This document shows, in pieces, positions 32,221-41,883 of a DNA stretch of 64,000 nucleotides. How positions within the stretch are numbered: the first letter of the stretch is position 1; every line of letters starts with the position of its first letter. The notes under the pieces are model-generated. The model did no database searches and had not been told where the DNA came from. It worked only from the letters and a program-made list of their open reading frames with translations. Origin of the DNA: an uncultured Phycisphaerales bacterium (GTDB lineage Bacteria > Planctomycetota > Phycisphaerae > Tepidisphaerales > Tepidisphaeraceae); the NCBI GenBank assembly GCA_963755915.1, contig CAVWLP010000002.1, positions 96,001-160,000 on the forward strand. The letters are read 5' to 3'. Made by a program: the position numbers and the translations under genes.

Positions 32221-34420
32221 CGTGGCGATTCTCGCCGCACTCACCCCCCTCGCCCCCGCCGACACCTGGGCCTTCGTCCACCCCCCCGATCCCTTCACCC
32301 CCACCGCCCTCCTCGACCTCCGCTCCATGAACGAACCCATCGCCGGCCAAACCGGTTTCATCCGCGCCTCCCCCGACAGCGCCTCCCCCACCCACGGCTT
32401 CCTTCGCGGCGACGGCCAACCCATCCGCTTCTGGGCCTGCGGCTCCGACCTCTATACCTCCGACGCCCAAACCCTCGCCCGCCACGCCCGCTTCCTCGCC
32501 AAGCTCGGCGTCAACATGGTCCGCATCCACGCCCAGATCGGCTCCAGCCGGGACGGCGCAAATCTCACCGACGTCAGCCAGAAACAAATCGACGGCATCT
32601 GGCGCGCCGTCGCCGCCTTCAAACGTGAAGGAATCTACGTCACCATCTCCCCCTACTGGGCCACCGATCGCCCCGTCGCCAACTGGGGCATTGACGGATA
32701 CGACGGCCGCTCCGACCTCTGGGGCCTTCTCTTCTTCAACCCCAGGCTCCAGCAGGGATACAAAGCCTGGGCCGCCAAGCTCTACGCGCAAACCAATCCA
32801 TACACCGGCATCCCTCTCAGCCAGGATCCCGCCGTCGCCATCATCGAAGTGCAAAACGAAGACGGCATGTTTTTCTGGACCGTCGACGCCATCCACCCCC
32901 CACAGAAGCAATTGCTCGGCCGCATCTTCGGCAAATGGCTGGCCATAAAATACGGCTCGCTCAATTCCGCATGGGACGCCTGGGACAACATCACCCAAAC
33001 CGGCGACGACTTCCCCGTCGGCGACGTCGCCATCCTCCCCATCTACCAATGGACCATCCCCCATCGCGTCGGCATGGCCCGCCGCCTCCGCGATCAGCTC
33101 GAATTCTTCGCCGCTCTCGAGCGCGATTTTTACGTCCGCATGGTGAACTTCTACCGCCACGACCTCGGCTGCCGCCAGCTCATCAACGGCTGCAACTGGC
33201 TCACCGCCGATGCCGTCACCCTCAACGACGTCGAGCGCTATTGCAACACCCCCGCCGACGTCATGGCCGTCAATAAATATTTCAACGCCGTCCACGCCGG
33301 CAAAAACGTCGGCTGGCGAATCGACCCCGGCGATTTCTTCACCGATCATCCCGCCGTCCTCAATCCCTGGGACCTCCCCACCAATCTCAAGCAGGCGATG
33401 GGCCATCCCATGATCGTCACCGAAAGCACCTGGGTTTCGCCGATGGATTTTCAGGACGAAGGCCCGTTCCTGGTCGCCGCCTACGAATCCCTCAATGGCC
33501 TGGCCGGCTATTACTGGTTCACCGCCACCGCGGAACAATATCTCAACGACCCGCGCTTCCCCTTCGTGAAAGTCGCTGGCCAATTCCCCCTCAAAAAATG
33601 GACCATCTCCACCCCCTCCATCATGGGCAATTTCCCCGCCGCCGCGATCATGTATCGCAACGGCTATGTCCAGCAGGGCCAACCCGCTGTCATCGAAAAC
33701 CGCCCGCTGAATGATCTGTGGAACCGCAAACCCCCTCTCATCTCCGAGGGCACCGCCTTCGACCCCAACCGCATGTCCGGCCAACCCACCGAGACCGGCC
33801 CATATCGCCAGGACGTTGATCCCCTCGCCTTCCTCGTCGGCCCGGTCATCGTCAACTATGGCGGCGACCCGCGCAACAACCAGCTCGCCGACTTCTCGAC
33901 CAGTATCGACCGCCAGAAAAAGCTCATCATCAGCAACACCGGCCAGATTCGCATGGACTATAACATCGGCCTATGCACCCTCGACGCCCCCGCCGCCCAG
34001 GGCGCCACAGGATTCCTAAAATCCGCCGGGGCGATCCATCTGAGCACGATCGACATCACCGCCAACAACGCCCATGCCACGGTCCTTGCCGTTTCGATGG
34101 ATGGAAAACCGCTGAGTCAGTCCCAACGGATACTCGTTCAAGTCGGCGCAGCCGCGCACTTGGCCGGCTGGACGCAGGAGCCGATCGACTTCAGCGATAG
34201 CGGGCACCAATACCAGGGCTTCAAGGTCACCCAAGCCGGCCAGCCGCCCTGGCTCGTCGAAGATAACGACATCACCCTCACGATCCGCAATCCGCATCTT
34301 TCGCAATTGACGGCACTGGACACTGCCGGATATCCGTTAACCCGCACGGCGCTGAAATCTTCCGGCGACAACATTCAATTCCGTTTTCCCGCCGGATCGA
34401 TGTACGCAATCTTGAATTGA
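32192..34420 (+). CDS. Secreted clan GH-A glycoside hydrolase-like protein
   Basis: Signal peptide MKRLPTPLIFVAILAALTPLAPA (TTG start), LAKLGVNMVRIH, NPYTG, IIEVQNED (acid/base Glu), IVTESTW (nucleophile Glu). Confidence 0.75.
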   Translation: MKRLPTPLIFVAILAALTPLAPADTWAFVHPPDPFTPTALLDLRSMNEPIAGQTGFIRASPDSASPTHGFLRGDGQPIRFWACGSDLYTSDAQTLARHARFLAKLGVNMVRIHAQIGSSRDGANLTDVSQKQIDGIWRAVAAFKREGIYVTISPYWATDRPVANWGIDGYDGRSDLWGLLFFNPRLQQGYKAWAAKLYAQTNPYTGIPLSQDPAVAIIEVQNEDGMFFWTVDAIHPPQKQLLGRIFGKWLAIKYGSLNSAWDAWDNITQTGDDFPVGDVAILPIYQWTIPHRVGMARRLRDQLEFFAALERDFYVRMVNFYRHDLGCRQLINGCNWLTADAVTLNDVERYCNTPADVMAVNKYFNAVHAGKNVGWRIDPGDFFTDHPAVLNPWDLPTNLKQAMGHPMIVTESTWVSPMDFQDEGPFLVAAYESLNGLAGYYWFTATAEQYLNDPRFPFVKVAGQFPLKKWTISTPSIMGNFPAAAIMYRNGYVQQGQPAVIENRPLNDLWNRKPPLISEGTAFDPNRMSGQPTETGPYRQDVDPLAFLVGPVIVNYGGDPRNNQLADFSTSIDRQKKLIISNTGQIRMDYNIGLCTLDAPAAQGATGFLKSAGAIHLSTIDITANNAHATVLAVSMDGKPLSQSQRILVQVGAAAHLAGWTQEPIDFSDSGHQYQGFKVTQAGQPPWLVEDNDITLTIRNPHLSQLTALDTAGYPLTRTALKSSGDNIQFRFPAGSMYAILN

Positions 34421-34557
34421 ATTACAAACTCCCCGTGTAGCCGTCCCACTTGTCGGGCGCGTCTTCCGACGGCGGCAAAAAAAATGTGGTATCGCGAACA
34501 TCTTGCTGATACCTTAAAATCCCTGCCGGACACGCAGCGCCGAAAGGAAAACCCAAA

Positions 34558-34911
34558 ATGAAAAAAGCTCACCCCGGAATTAACCCCGCTTCCAAACCAA
34601 GTGGCGACGGATGCATGGAATGCCTGGCGTCCCCGACAGACTGGTGGTTTCATCTCCGTCGCTGTGCGCAGTGTGGGCACATCGGATGCTGTGACAGCTC
34701 TCCCAATCAACATGCATCAAAGCACGCGGCCGAGACGGGGCATCACATCATCTGCAGCTTTGAGCCGGGCGAGGACTGGTTCTACGATTACGAGACGCAG
34801 GCGATGATCGAAGGCGTGGAATTGCCTCCGCCGCACGCGCATCCCGCAAGTCAGCCCACGCCCGGACCGGCGGGAAGGGTGCCGGACGACTGGGATTCAC
34901 AACGAAGCTAG
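34558..34911 (+). CDS. UBP-type zinc finger protein
   Basis: CMEC...HLRRCAQCGHIGCCDSSPNQHASKHA...H...SFEPGEDWFYDY. Confidence 0.9.
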   Translation: MKKAHPGINPASKPSGDGCMECLASPTDWWFHLRRCAQCGHIGCCDSSPNQHASKHAAETGHHIICSFEPGEDWFYDYETQAMIEGVELPPPHAHPASQPTPGPAGRVPDDWDSQRS

Positions 34912-34996
34912 CTGCCGTCGATCGACTTTTTATGAATCGGAGCGGGGACTCGGGAGACCGTATTTAAAATGAGCACCGCATCGAAAGGAGCCGTCA

Positions 34997-35449
34997 ATGA
35001 GCAGCGTACAAATCGAACCAAAGAGCTATGAGTTGCGCCCGCGCGTTGGGTTCACCGTCACACATTTCATCACCGTCGCCGACATCGACCGATCGGCTGA
35101 TTTTTATGAAAAGGTCTTCGGCGGCCGCGTTCTGAGCAGAGGCGACAGCAAGGGCGCCTCTGGGCACATTCAGATCGCGAATTCCTGGCTGATTGTCAAC
35201 GTCGGCGGCGGCCCCACCCCGGACAAGCCGACGGTAACGCTCGACGTCCCCGCCGACCCGGATAAGGTCAGCAGCTTCCTGAATATCCGCGTTGCCGATA
35301 TTCAAGCGTGCTATGAATTATGGAAAAGTCGAGGAGCCGAGTTTCTCACGGAGCCGAAGCAAAAGTACGGCGAAATACGCTGCTACATCCGCGATCCTGA
35401 CGGCTATATCATTGAAGTCGGACAGAGCACCGACCTCACGCACGGCTAA
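34997..35449 (+). CDS. VOC/glyoxalase family protein
   Basis: HFITVADIDRSADFYEKVFG...CYIRDPDGYIIEV; RBS AAGGAG. Confidence 0.9.
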   Translation: MSSVQIEPKSYELRPRVGFTVTHFITVADIDRSADFYEKVFGGRVLSRGDSKGASGHIQIANSWLIVNVGGGPTPDKPTVTLDVPADPDKVSSFLNIRVADIQACYELWKSRGAEFLTEPKQKYGEIRCYIRDPDGYIIEVGQSTDLTHG

Positions 35450-35462
35450 CGCTCGGTTACAA

Positions 35463-36287
35463 TTAGCAACGGCGGTTGCGCGGACGGATCAAATGTAGAC
35501 TAAAGTTGACGGCGAGCATTACCGAGAGCGAAATCGGCTCCGGAACAACTGCAACGGCGGATAGTGACGCTGATTCGACTGCGATGTTGTCGTACTGCCC
35601 GTTGTCCGCGGTCGTGGTGTAGTCAACTGTCAGAGTCTGGCCCGGGGAGTTGGCCACGTAGGTGATCGTGTAAATAGAAAAGTTGGCGCCGTTATCGCTC
35701 GAGGATTCAACGTCCGTGTACGGCGATGCCGAGCCGTCGCTCAGAGCTGCCGTGAGTGAAGCAGTCACATTCACATAGCCCAACGTCAGAATCAGCGTCC
35801 TGGATTCCGTGCTGCTGGCGGCGAATGTCAACTGGAACCCGGTGCCGACTGCCGGCCCATCTGTGGCGCCACCGTTTACCGGATAGGCCTGCATAAACAA
35901 AGGCAGGGCCGAACTCTGATCGGGCGTATTCGTTCCGTCGCTCCAGGTGTACTCGCCAGGCTGATTCGTCCGGTTGGTCAAACCGGAGACGGTCAGACCG
36001 CCAAGCAGCGTCATACCCCGGATATCGTGGGTGGCGACATTTTTCTCATCATAAGGGGTTGTGCTTCCCTGCGTCTCGTTGGAGGCGCCACCCCAAACTG
36101 CCCAGTCATCGGTGCCCACGGTGGTGAGATTTGACGTCCCAGGATCCGTGGTGAGCATGACCGAACCGTTAATGACCCCCGCGCGGGCGGTCAGATCGAG
36201 TGCCGAAACGATCGCCAGGACCAGCCAAACGGCGGTGTAAATACTGATTGCCGAGAGACGTCTAACAGAATGAGGTGCAAGGTCCAT
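35463..36287 (-). CDS. PEP-CTERM-type secreted surface protein
   Basis: Signal peptide and Ser/Thr-rich beta domain. C-terminal VPEP, hydrophobic stretch and basic tail (RPRNRR). Confidence 0.78.
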   Translation of the reverse strand: MDLAPHSVRRLSAISIYTAVWLVLAIVSALDLTARAGVINGSVMLTTDPGTSNLTTVGTDDWAVWGGASNETQGSTTPYDEKNVATHDIRGMTLLGGLTVSGLTNRTNQPGEYTWSDGTNTPDQSSALPLFMQAYPVNGGATDGPAVGTGFQLTFAASSTESRTLILTLGYVNVTASLTAALSDGSASPYTDVESSSDNGANFSIYTITYVANSPGQTLTVDYTTTADNGQYDNIAVESASLSAVAVVPEPISLSVMLAVNFSLHLIRPRNRRC

Positions 36288-36479
36288 ATTCTTCTCCCAT
36301 CCCTTGAAATCTTCAAACACCTGATGTGCAGGATGAATCTAGAAGTGTGATGAGCCAGGTTCAATATTTTTCTGGAGATTTTTTATATAATTTTGCTACG
36401 CAAAATGCGGCACTTGCAATCTCATAACGCGACGAAATCGGCAGCGCCAGCTTAAGGCGCGGGATGGGATAGGGTTCAC

Positions 36480-36710
36480 TTAACTGGGCAGGTTGCACTC
36501 CGGGCATCACTCACCGGCACTTTCGTGAGCGATAGGCAAACTGCACTTCAGACACCATTCACCCTTAACCATCACCCGGACTACCAAGGGAGGGAAAAGA
36601 GGAGGAATTCGAACTCGTAGACCACGCCCCCGAAACCCGGGCAGCATAAATAGACTACTAAAGATTATAAATAGTGCCAAAAACGACAAAAGGCGCTCCC
36701 CAGCTTACCC
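36480..36710 (-). pseudogene. Degenerate membrane + zinc-ribbon gene remnant
   Basis: Hydrophobic LLSFLALFIIFSSLFML, then CLKC...(TGA)CPECNLPS*, the same CxxC...CPEC layout as 36788-37135. Confidence 0.4.
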
Positions 36711-36787
36711 ATCCATCCCAGCTTGTTGCCGAGTGTCCGGTAGTGGTATACTCTGAAGTAATCGGAAAATATTCATCTCTTCGGACA

Positions 36788-37135
36788 TCAAACCGGCCTT
36801 GACTTCATGGGGGTTGTTCCGCATTCCGGGCAGCGATCCGGCGTGGCGCGGAGGTCGTACCCGCATTTTGCACAGCGTCCTCGCAAATCGCGTTTTCGCG
36901 CTCGCCGATCCATGAAGAGTAGAACGGCCGCCATGAAATACAAAGCTGGGCACGCATAGCTAACGATCAAAAGAACCGTTCGCGTCGAATCCGAAAATGG
37001 TCCAAAGGTTCCTATGAGCGTATGAAGCTTGAATTGCCCCAGCCCGTGAATCTCAAACCCGGAAACCAAAATCGAACTCGCGAAGAGAGAGAAGGCGAGC
37101 ATCGCGTATAGCATCCATCGAGGAAAGCTTTTCAC
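36788..37135 (-). CDS. Small membrane protein with C-terminal zinc ribbon
   Basis: Two TM helices, then GRCAKCGYDLRATPDRCPECG. TACAAT lies 7 nt before the GTG start. Confidence 0.75.
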   Translation of the reverse strand: MKSFPRWMLYAMLAFSLFASSILVSGFEIHGLGQFKLHTLIGTFGPFSDSTRTVLLIVSYACPALYFMAAVLLFMDRRARKRDLRGRCAKCGYDLRATPDRCPECGTTPMKSRPV

Positions 37136-37195
37136 GCGACCGATTGTACCGCGCCTCAGCCGATCGGCTTCAGCAAATCATCAATCTCCCAAACC

Positions 37196-38083
37196 TCATG
37201 CGAGCTTCTTTTTCGCTGGCTTATAATCGGTCAGTCTGCCGCCCAGCAACCGCTCTTCCCGTTCCAGCAATTCCACAAAATCACGCATCGTCCATTCTTT
37301 GTTGGCGATTCCGGCCCGAACGGCTGGCGTCGTCTTCAATGTCATGTGAACGCGGATGAAATTGTAGTGCATGTATTGCAGAGCAACCATGTGCTCGTGA
37401 TTCGCCAGCTTCTTTGAGAACGCATTGGTAAGGCGAGTGAATCGCCGATTGCCCATCCGCACCGTCAGATTCTGTCGCTCGATATAGCTCGTGGAAATCT
37501 TCTTCGGCTCGGGCGCGCCGCATACCGCCTCTTTCTTTATGCTGACAACTTCGGGTGGGCTGTAGCGACCGGGGCCCGACCTATCGGGGCCGTAAACTTT
37601 GATGAGCTGCGCGTAGTCAATGTCGTTTCCGAAAGCGGTGTCCACTGCGTCAAGATAGGCTTTCAATCCGTCCGTCGTAAGCTGCACGCGATTCGCCAGC
37701 CGATCCGCAACATCATTCATAAACTTGTGAGCGTACCACCCATTGCGAAGGCCCACAGTGTAGCCGATGACGAGTTTTGTGTCCGCGTCGATTGCAACCC
37801 ACGTCCAAACATCGCCGATGCCAAAGACACCTTGAAGATCGATCGGGACATTCTTTTGTTTGCAACCGACGTACTGCCAGATTTCGTCACATTGGACGCG
37901 GCGGCTACGGACATCGCAGACGGTCAAATCGTGATACTGCGCGGCCAGCGTACCAGCATCGGCCAGCAACCGGAGAACGGTAACCTTGTTCACGCCGAAC
38001 ATCCGGCAGGTTGACGCGATGCTGACGCCTTCAACCAGAGCTGTAAGAACTGCTGCCCGCGTTTCGATGTTCAGCTTTTTCAT
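37196..38083 (-). CDS. IS1-family DDE transposase (single ORF, N-terminal HTH)
   Basis: LVEGVSIASTCRMFGVNKVTV (HTH), VQCDEIW, WTWVAID, LTTDG, STSYIERQNLTVR..NRRFTRLTNAFSKK, YNF.R.H, TPA..AG. Confidence 0.92.
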   Translation of the reverse strand: MKKLNIETRAAVLTALVEGVSIASTCRMFGVNKVTVLRLLADAGTLAAQYHDLTVCDVRSRRVQCDEIWQYVGCKQKNVPIDLQGVFGIGDVWTWVAIDADTKLVIGYTVGLRNGWYAHKFMNDVADRLANRVQLTTDGLKAYLDAVDTAFGNDIDYAQLIKVYGPDRSGPGRYSPPEVVSIKKEAVCGAPEPKKISTSYIERQNLTVRMGNRRFTRLTNAFSKKLANHEHMVALQYMHYNFIRVHMTLKTTPAVRAGIANKEWTMRDFVELLEREERLLGGRLTDYKPAKKKLA

Positions 38084-38090
38084 GTGAGTT

Positions 38091-38159
38091 ATTGTAATTA
38101 CGTAAACATTACAACGCAAGAACAAAATGATTGATTTCTAAGTTTTTTGTGATTACAAT
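38091..38159. promoter_or_regulatory. Candidate RHH operator boxes in the divergent transposase/regulator promoter
   Basis: TTGTAATTACG (38092-38102), half-site ATTACAA (38108-38114) and TTGTGATTACAA (38147-38158) approximate the palindrome TTGTAATTACAA. Confidence 0.55.
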
Positions 38160-38165
38160 GTTGAG

Positions 38166-38378
38166 ATGAAAAAACATATAGGCAGACCGAAAAAACCTGC
38201 GGACCACTCTAAGGGAGAATTGCTCCAGGTGCGATTGGAAGCCAAAGAAAAGCAGGGTTTTTCGGATGCTGCCGCCCTGTCTGGCCTTGCCTTGTCTTCT
38301 TGGGTTCGGGAACGATTGCGTGGCATCGCGCGTCAGGAATTGGAGGGGATGGGAAAGCCGATTCCGTTTATTCCCTAG
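38166..38378 (+). CDS. Ribbon-helix-helix DNA-binding protein
   Basis: GRPKK, beta-strand LLQVRL, helix, AAALSGLALSSWVRERL: typical RHH pattern. Confidence 0.75.
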   Translation: MKKHIGRPKKPADHSKGELLQVRLEAKEKQGFSDAAALSGLALSSWVRERLRGIARQELEGMGKPIPFIP

Positions 38379-38444
38379 GCCGTTTTTATGGGCGGATGCG
38401 GAGTGCTGTACTTCTTTTAATTGCCATGCGATAATTCGCGCATT

Positions 38445-40980
38445 ATGCCTCACAATGGCGAATGGAATCCGTTCTCGACCAAAGACTGGGCGGATGCTAT
38501 TGGCCTAGTGAACATCCCTTTGTTTGGAGGAGAGCAACCCAGAGGAATTGCCGGCGACTTCGCTGTGCTTTTGGACGGACGCCGGTCTAGCTTTGGACTT
38601 TTTCTGGCCGACGATCCTAATGAGCTGATTTACAGCAACCGCCCTCTTTCTTGGTCATGGTCCGCGAATCTGCGCCACTCGTTAATCGTTCACAAAAAAG
38701 CTGACGTTGTTATTCACCGGCGGTGGGACTCTCCTGACAAATCCACAAAATTTCCTATTCCGAGAACGTCTCTTGAGGCGGCGACGGCCTTTGCGGAAAG
38801 AATTGGGTCGGCGAAGGCTAGATCGGCATCGGACGTAATAGGCCGAATGCTTGGCGCGTTCCGCAGGGTGCGGGCCAATTTGGCCCCACAAATTATGGAT
38901 GCCGTTGTCGCGATTCGTGTCTTTAATGCCTTTCTCGTCGGGGCGGAAATGGTTCGAAAGGGCTCGTTGCGTCCTGACGAATGGCGCGGTTGTCGGACAG
39001 TCAAAGACGCTCTCGACCTGATAAAGAACAACGACGATGGCGTCGGAGTTGATAGAATCCCCTCAGACGCAGCAAGCATTGAGATCGGTGGACTTCCCGG
39101 AACATTCATTGATCCTGATCCATCCACCGGATGTGAATTAGAGCCTGATTTGCTGATACGCCATGCGTCCGGCTCGCTCTATCAGGATGCGCATTTCGAA
39201 TTGGAACGAGAAGATCAATTATCGTTGCCTGGGCTTGCCGAGAATCCCTCGTATCAACCTTCACTTCAGCGCGACGCGAGATTTACACAGCCAGCACTTG
39301 CGAGGGCTATGGTGCAACAGGCACTCAAGGCATATCGTCGAACAGAACGCGAACGAGAGATGGTTATATTGGACCCCGCATGCGGGTCGGGGGTTTTTCT
39401 TCAGCATGCCTTGCAAGAGCTGGCAGCTACAGCATGTAAACGTGCGATCAAATTAATTGGCTTTGATACTTCGGCCGTTTCCTGTGCGATTTCAGAATTC
39501 TGTTTACATCGCTCCGCAAGAGATGCGGCGTTGCGCGATTTGAGAGTTACAACCGAGATCAGCGATCAGAATGCGATGCGCAGAATGGCCAGTTGCTGAT
39601 CTGATTCTCACAAATCCACCATTTGCCGCGTGGAAAAAGATGCATGCCGACGATAGGAACATGGTGCGCGAAGTGCTTGGCAAGCTGTTTAAGGGCCATG
39701 CCGACAAGGCAATGGCCTTCATCTGGAAGGCTGCGAATTCAACGGCGATGGGTGGAACCTTTGCTTCGGTTCTTCCGAGCCCGCTACTAGAATCAAACGC
39801 CGGGGAACGGTGGCGGAAAGCGGTTATGGAACTGGCGAACATGGCGCTTGTCGGGCGGTTTCGTGGATACAGTTTCTTTCAAAACGCGATGGTTGAACCC
39901 GCTTTTGTTGTAATGCAGCGGAAGATTTCCGAAGACGATTTACCAAGGCCGGTGCACGTTCTCCTCTCCGATGAGGGAGCGGAAGATGAATCGTTGCGTG
40001 CAATTCGCCGGAACCGCCCAGACGGAGAACATGCGGACGATGACTCGTTCAGTGTGTTTACAGCTCCCCCATCCATAATAACATCCGTAAGTTGGATGCC
40101 CCGGTCGAAAAAGATGATGGAATTGATCCGCCGCCTTAAAGATAGCGAAATTGCGACCGTTGGAGAATTGTTTTCGATCGACCAAGGCGTCCTAACGGGC
40201 CTGAATAGCGCTTTTATTCTTTCCAAGGCTGAATTTCTCGGTCTGCCCGAAGATGAGCGCGAATACTTTATGCCCGCAATTGGATCTTCCACAATTAGGG
40301 GCGGCCAAATTCTTGAAGAGGAATATGTCTTTTATCCCTACTTGAAACCAGAGGACAACGATCCAAATCCGAAGACGCGAATAACCACCGTTGATGAACT
40401 GCGCGAAATGGTTCCGAATTATTTTGATGGTTGGCTACAGCCTTTCGAAGATCGCCTCTTAAAGCGAGAAGGATTCGGACAAAACAATTGGTGGCTTCTC
40501 ACGCGTGAACGAAGATGGCCCAAAGTACCAAAAATCGTCACGGCATATTTCGGCGAGACGGGAAGTTTCAGCTTTGATGTGGAAGGCCGTTTCGTCGTGG
40601 TTCAGGGTTATATCTGGCGATGGAATTCCGCCCAAGACAATGGGGATGAGGAGGCGGAAGAAATAGACTTCAATCGTAGTGGACTGCCGTGGGCTTATGT
40701 GGCGATGCTTAACAGTTCGGTATTCGAGACAATGTTGTCCCAATATTGCCCAAGGGTTCAAGGGGGACAATTTAATCTTTCTGATAGGTTTGTATCTAAT
40801 GCGTTTCTGCCAGACCTTACTGACGAAAGTCGCGTTGTCCCGGACGACGTGAAGGAATTGTCGCGCATTGGATTGAATTTATTCACGAATCGCTTAGTTG
40901 ATCTCAACCGGCTCAATTTAATCGTGGCTCACGTTTATGGAATTACGCTGGCGGACTTAGCAAGCGCAGCGAGGAGCTAG
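38445..40980 (+). CDS. Large N6-adenine DNA methyltransferase (about 845 aa, HsdM/type IIG-like layout); frameshift near 39580
   Basis: FTQPALAR (motif X), ILDPACGSGVFL (motif I), GFD, ILTNPPF (motif IV), SVLPSPLL. C-terminal TRD-like region (QGVLTGLNSAFIL, PKIV, AMLNS). Confidence 0.88.
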
Positions 40981-40982
40981 AC

Positions 40983-41663
40983 ATGGCAGGCGTTTCGCGC
41001 GGAGAAATTAACGCGATGCACGAGCGCCTATCGCGGAGCTTTGGGTCAAACCTTAGAAATGGATGCGATATTGCTCCGATGCCAGAATCCAGGCAGGGCT
41101 GGCATAGGAGAGCGCTTATGGCAGATATAGAATTCTTTCTTTGGAGCAGAAACCGAACACAACAATATGGGCTCCGGTCCGGGGGTCGTGGACAATGCCC
41201 AATCGTTTCCGCGATAGAAACCAGCGACGACTGGGATGTTGGAGAATTCTCGTGGGTAGCGTGGCGGGAAATATGGATCAGGAAGAAAGACGACGAATTT
41301 GATTTGAAAGATGCCGCCTTCACGTTCTTTTGGGGAAGAGAAACCGGATTAGGCCCCATTGACGATCAGTTGTTCCGCGTAGAGTGGCCGCAAAAGGGAT
41401 ACGGGGGCGACAGGTTGGGGCGACCTCATTGGCAAGTAGATTGGCCGCTCGCCGACCTGGAGCGATCTGTATCTGGTATTCATCTCGCGATGGCCGGATG
41501 GAATCAAACCGATGGCCGAAATTTGGATGGTGAACCCCACATATCCGAACACTTTATTCGGTATGCCACGGATGTAATAAGCGACATTGAAATTTGGGCG
41601 TCTCGTACGATGGCCTATTCGTTCGACCAGATCGCTCGATTCTTTCCGAGAAATTGGGGATAG
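40983..41663 (+). CDS. Hypothetical protein coupled to the methyltransferase
   Basis: Starts 2 bp after the MTase stop with RBS GAGGAG; 226 aa; contains LFRVEW...RPHWQ and IHLAM.GW. Confidence 0.75.
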   Translation: MAGVSRGEINAMHERLSRSFGSNLRNGCDIAPMPESRQGWHRRALMADIEFFLWSRNRTQQYGLRSGGRGQCPIVSAIETSDDWDVGEFSWVAWREIWIRKKDDEFDLKDAAFTFFWGRETGLGPIDDQLFRVEWPQKGYGGDRLGRPHWQVDWPLADLERSVSGIHLAMAGWNQTDGRNLDGEPHISEHFIRYATDVISDIEIWASRTMAYSFDQIARFFPRNWG

Positions 41664-41670
41664 AGAAAAA

Positions 41671-41883
41671 TTAGGACATCATCCGTTGTCCCGCTTCCGC
41701 CCCCGCAAAGAACGCCGCCCGCAACAACGTCATCCCCCGTTCATCCACTTTTTGAATCCCCTTCGCCCACGCCTTCCACGCGGCCTCCAGGCCGGGCGGT
41801 AGCTGCTCCTCATGGCGCTTGATTGTCTCGTCAACGATCCGCTTGGCGGTTACGGCGGGGTCGGGGAGCTTGGCCTTTTTCAT
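41671..41883 (-). CDS. Small hypothetical protein at the transposon end
   Basis: MKKAKLPDPAVTAKRIVDETIK...; TACAAT lies 6 nt before the ATG; same strand as the transposase. Confidence 0.7.
   Translation of the reverse strand: MKKAKLPDPAVTAKRIVDETIKRHEEQLPPGLEAAWKAWAKGIQKVDERGMTLLRAAFFAGAEAGQRMMS

Noticed and set aside
31973-33784. 603-aa minus-strand ORF and similar long ORFs (19112-20524, 26490-27839, 30335-31675, 54419-55465)
   Set aside because: These are shadow frames of well-supported high-GC genes and carry no independent motifs.
36589-36640. GTTCGAAT T-loop-like motif on the minus strand suggesting a tRNA
   Set aside because: No paired T-stem, acceptor stem, D-arm or CCA could be built around it.
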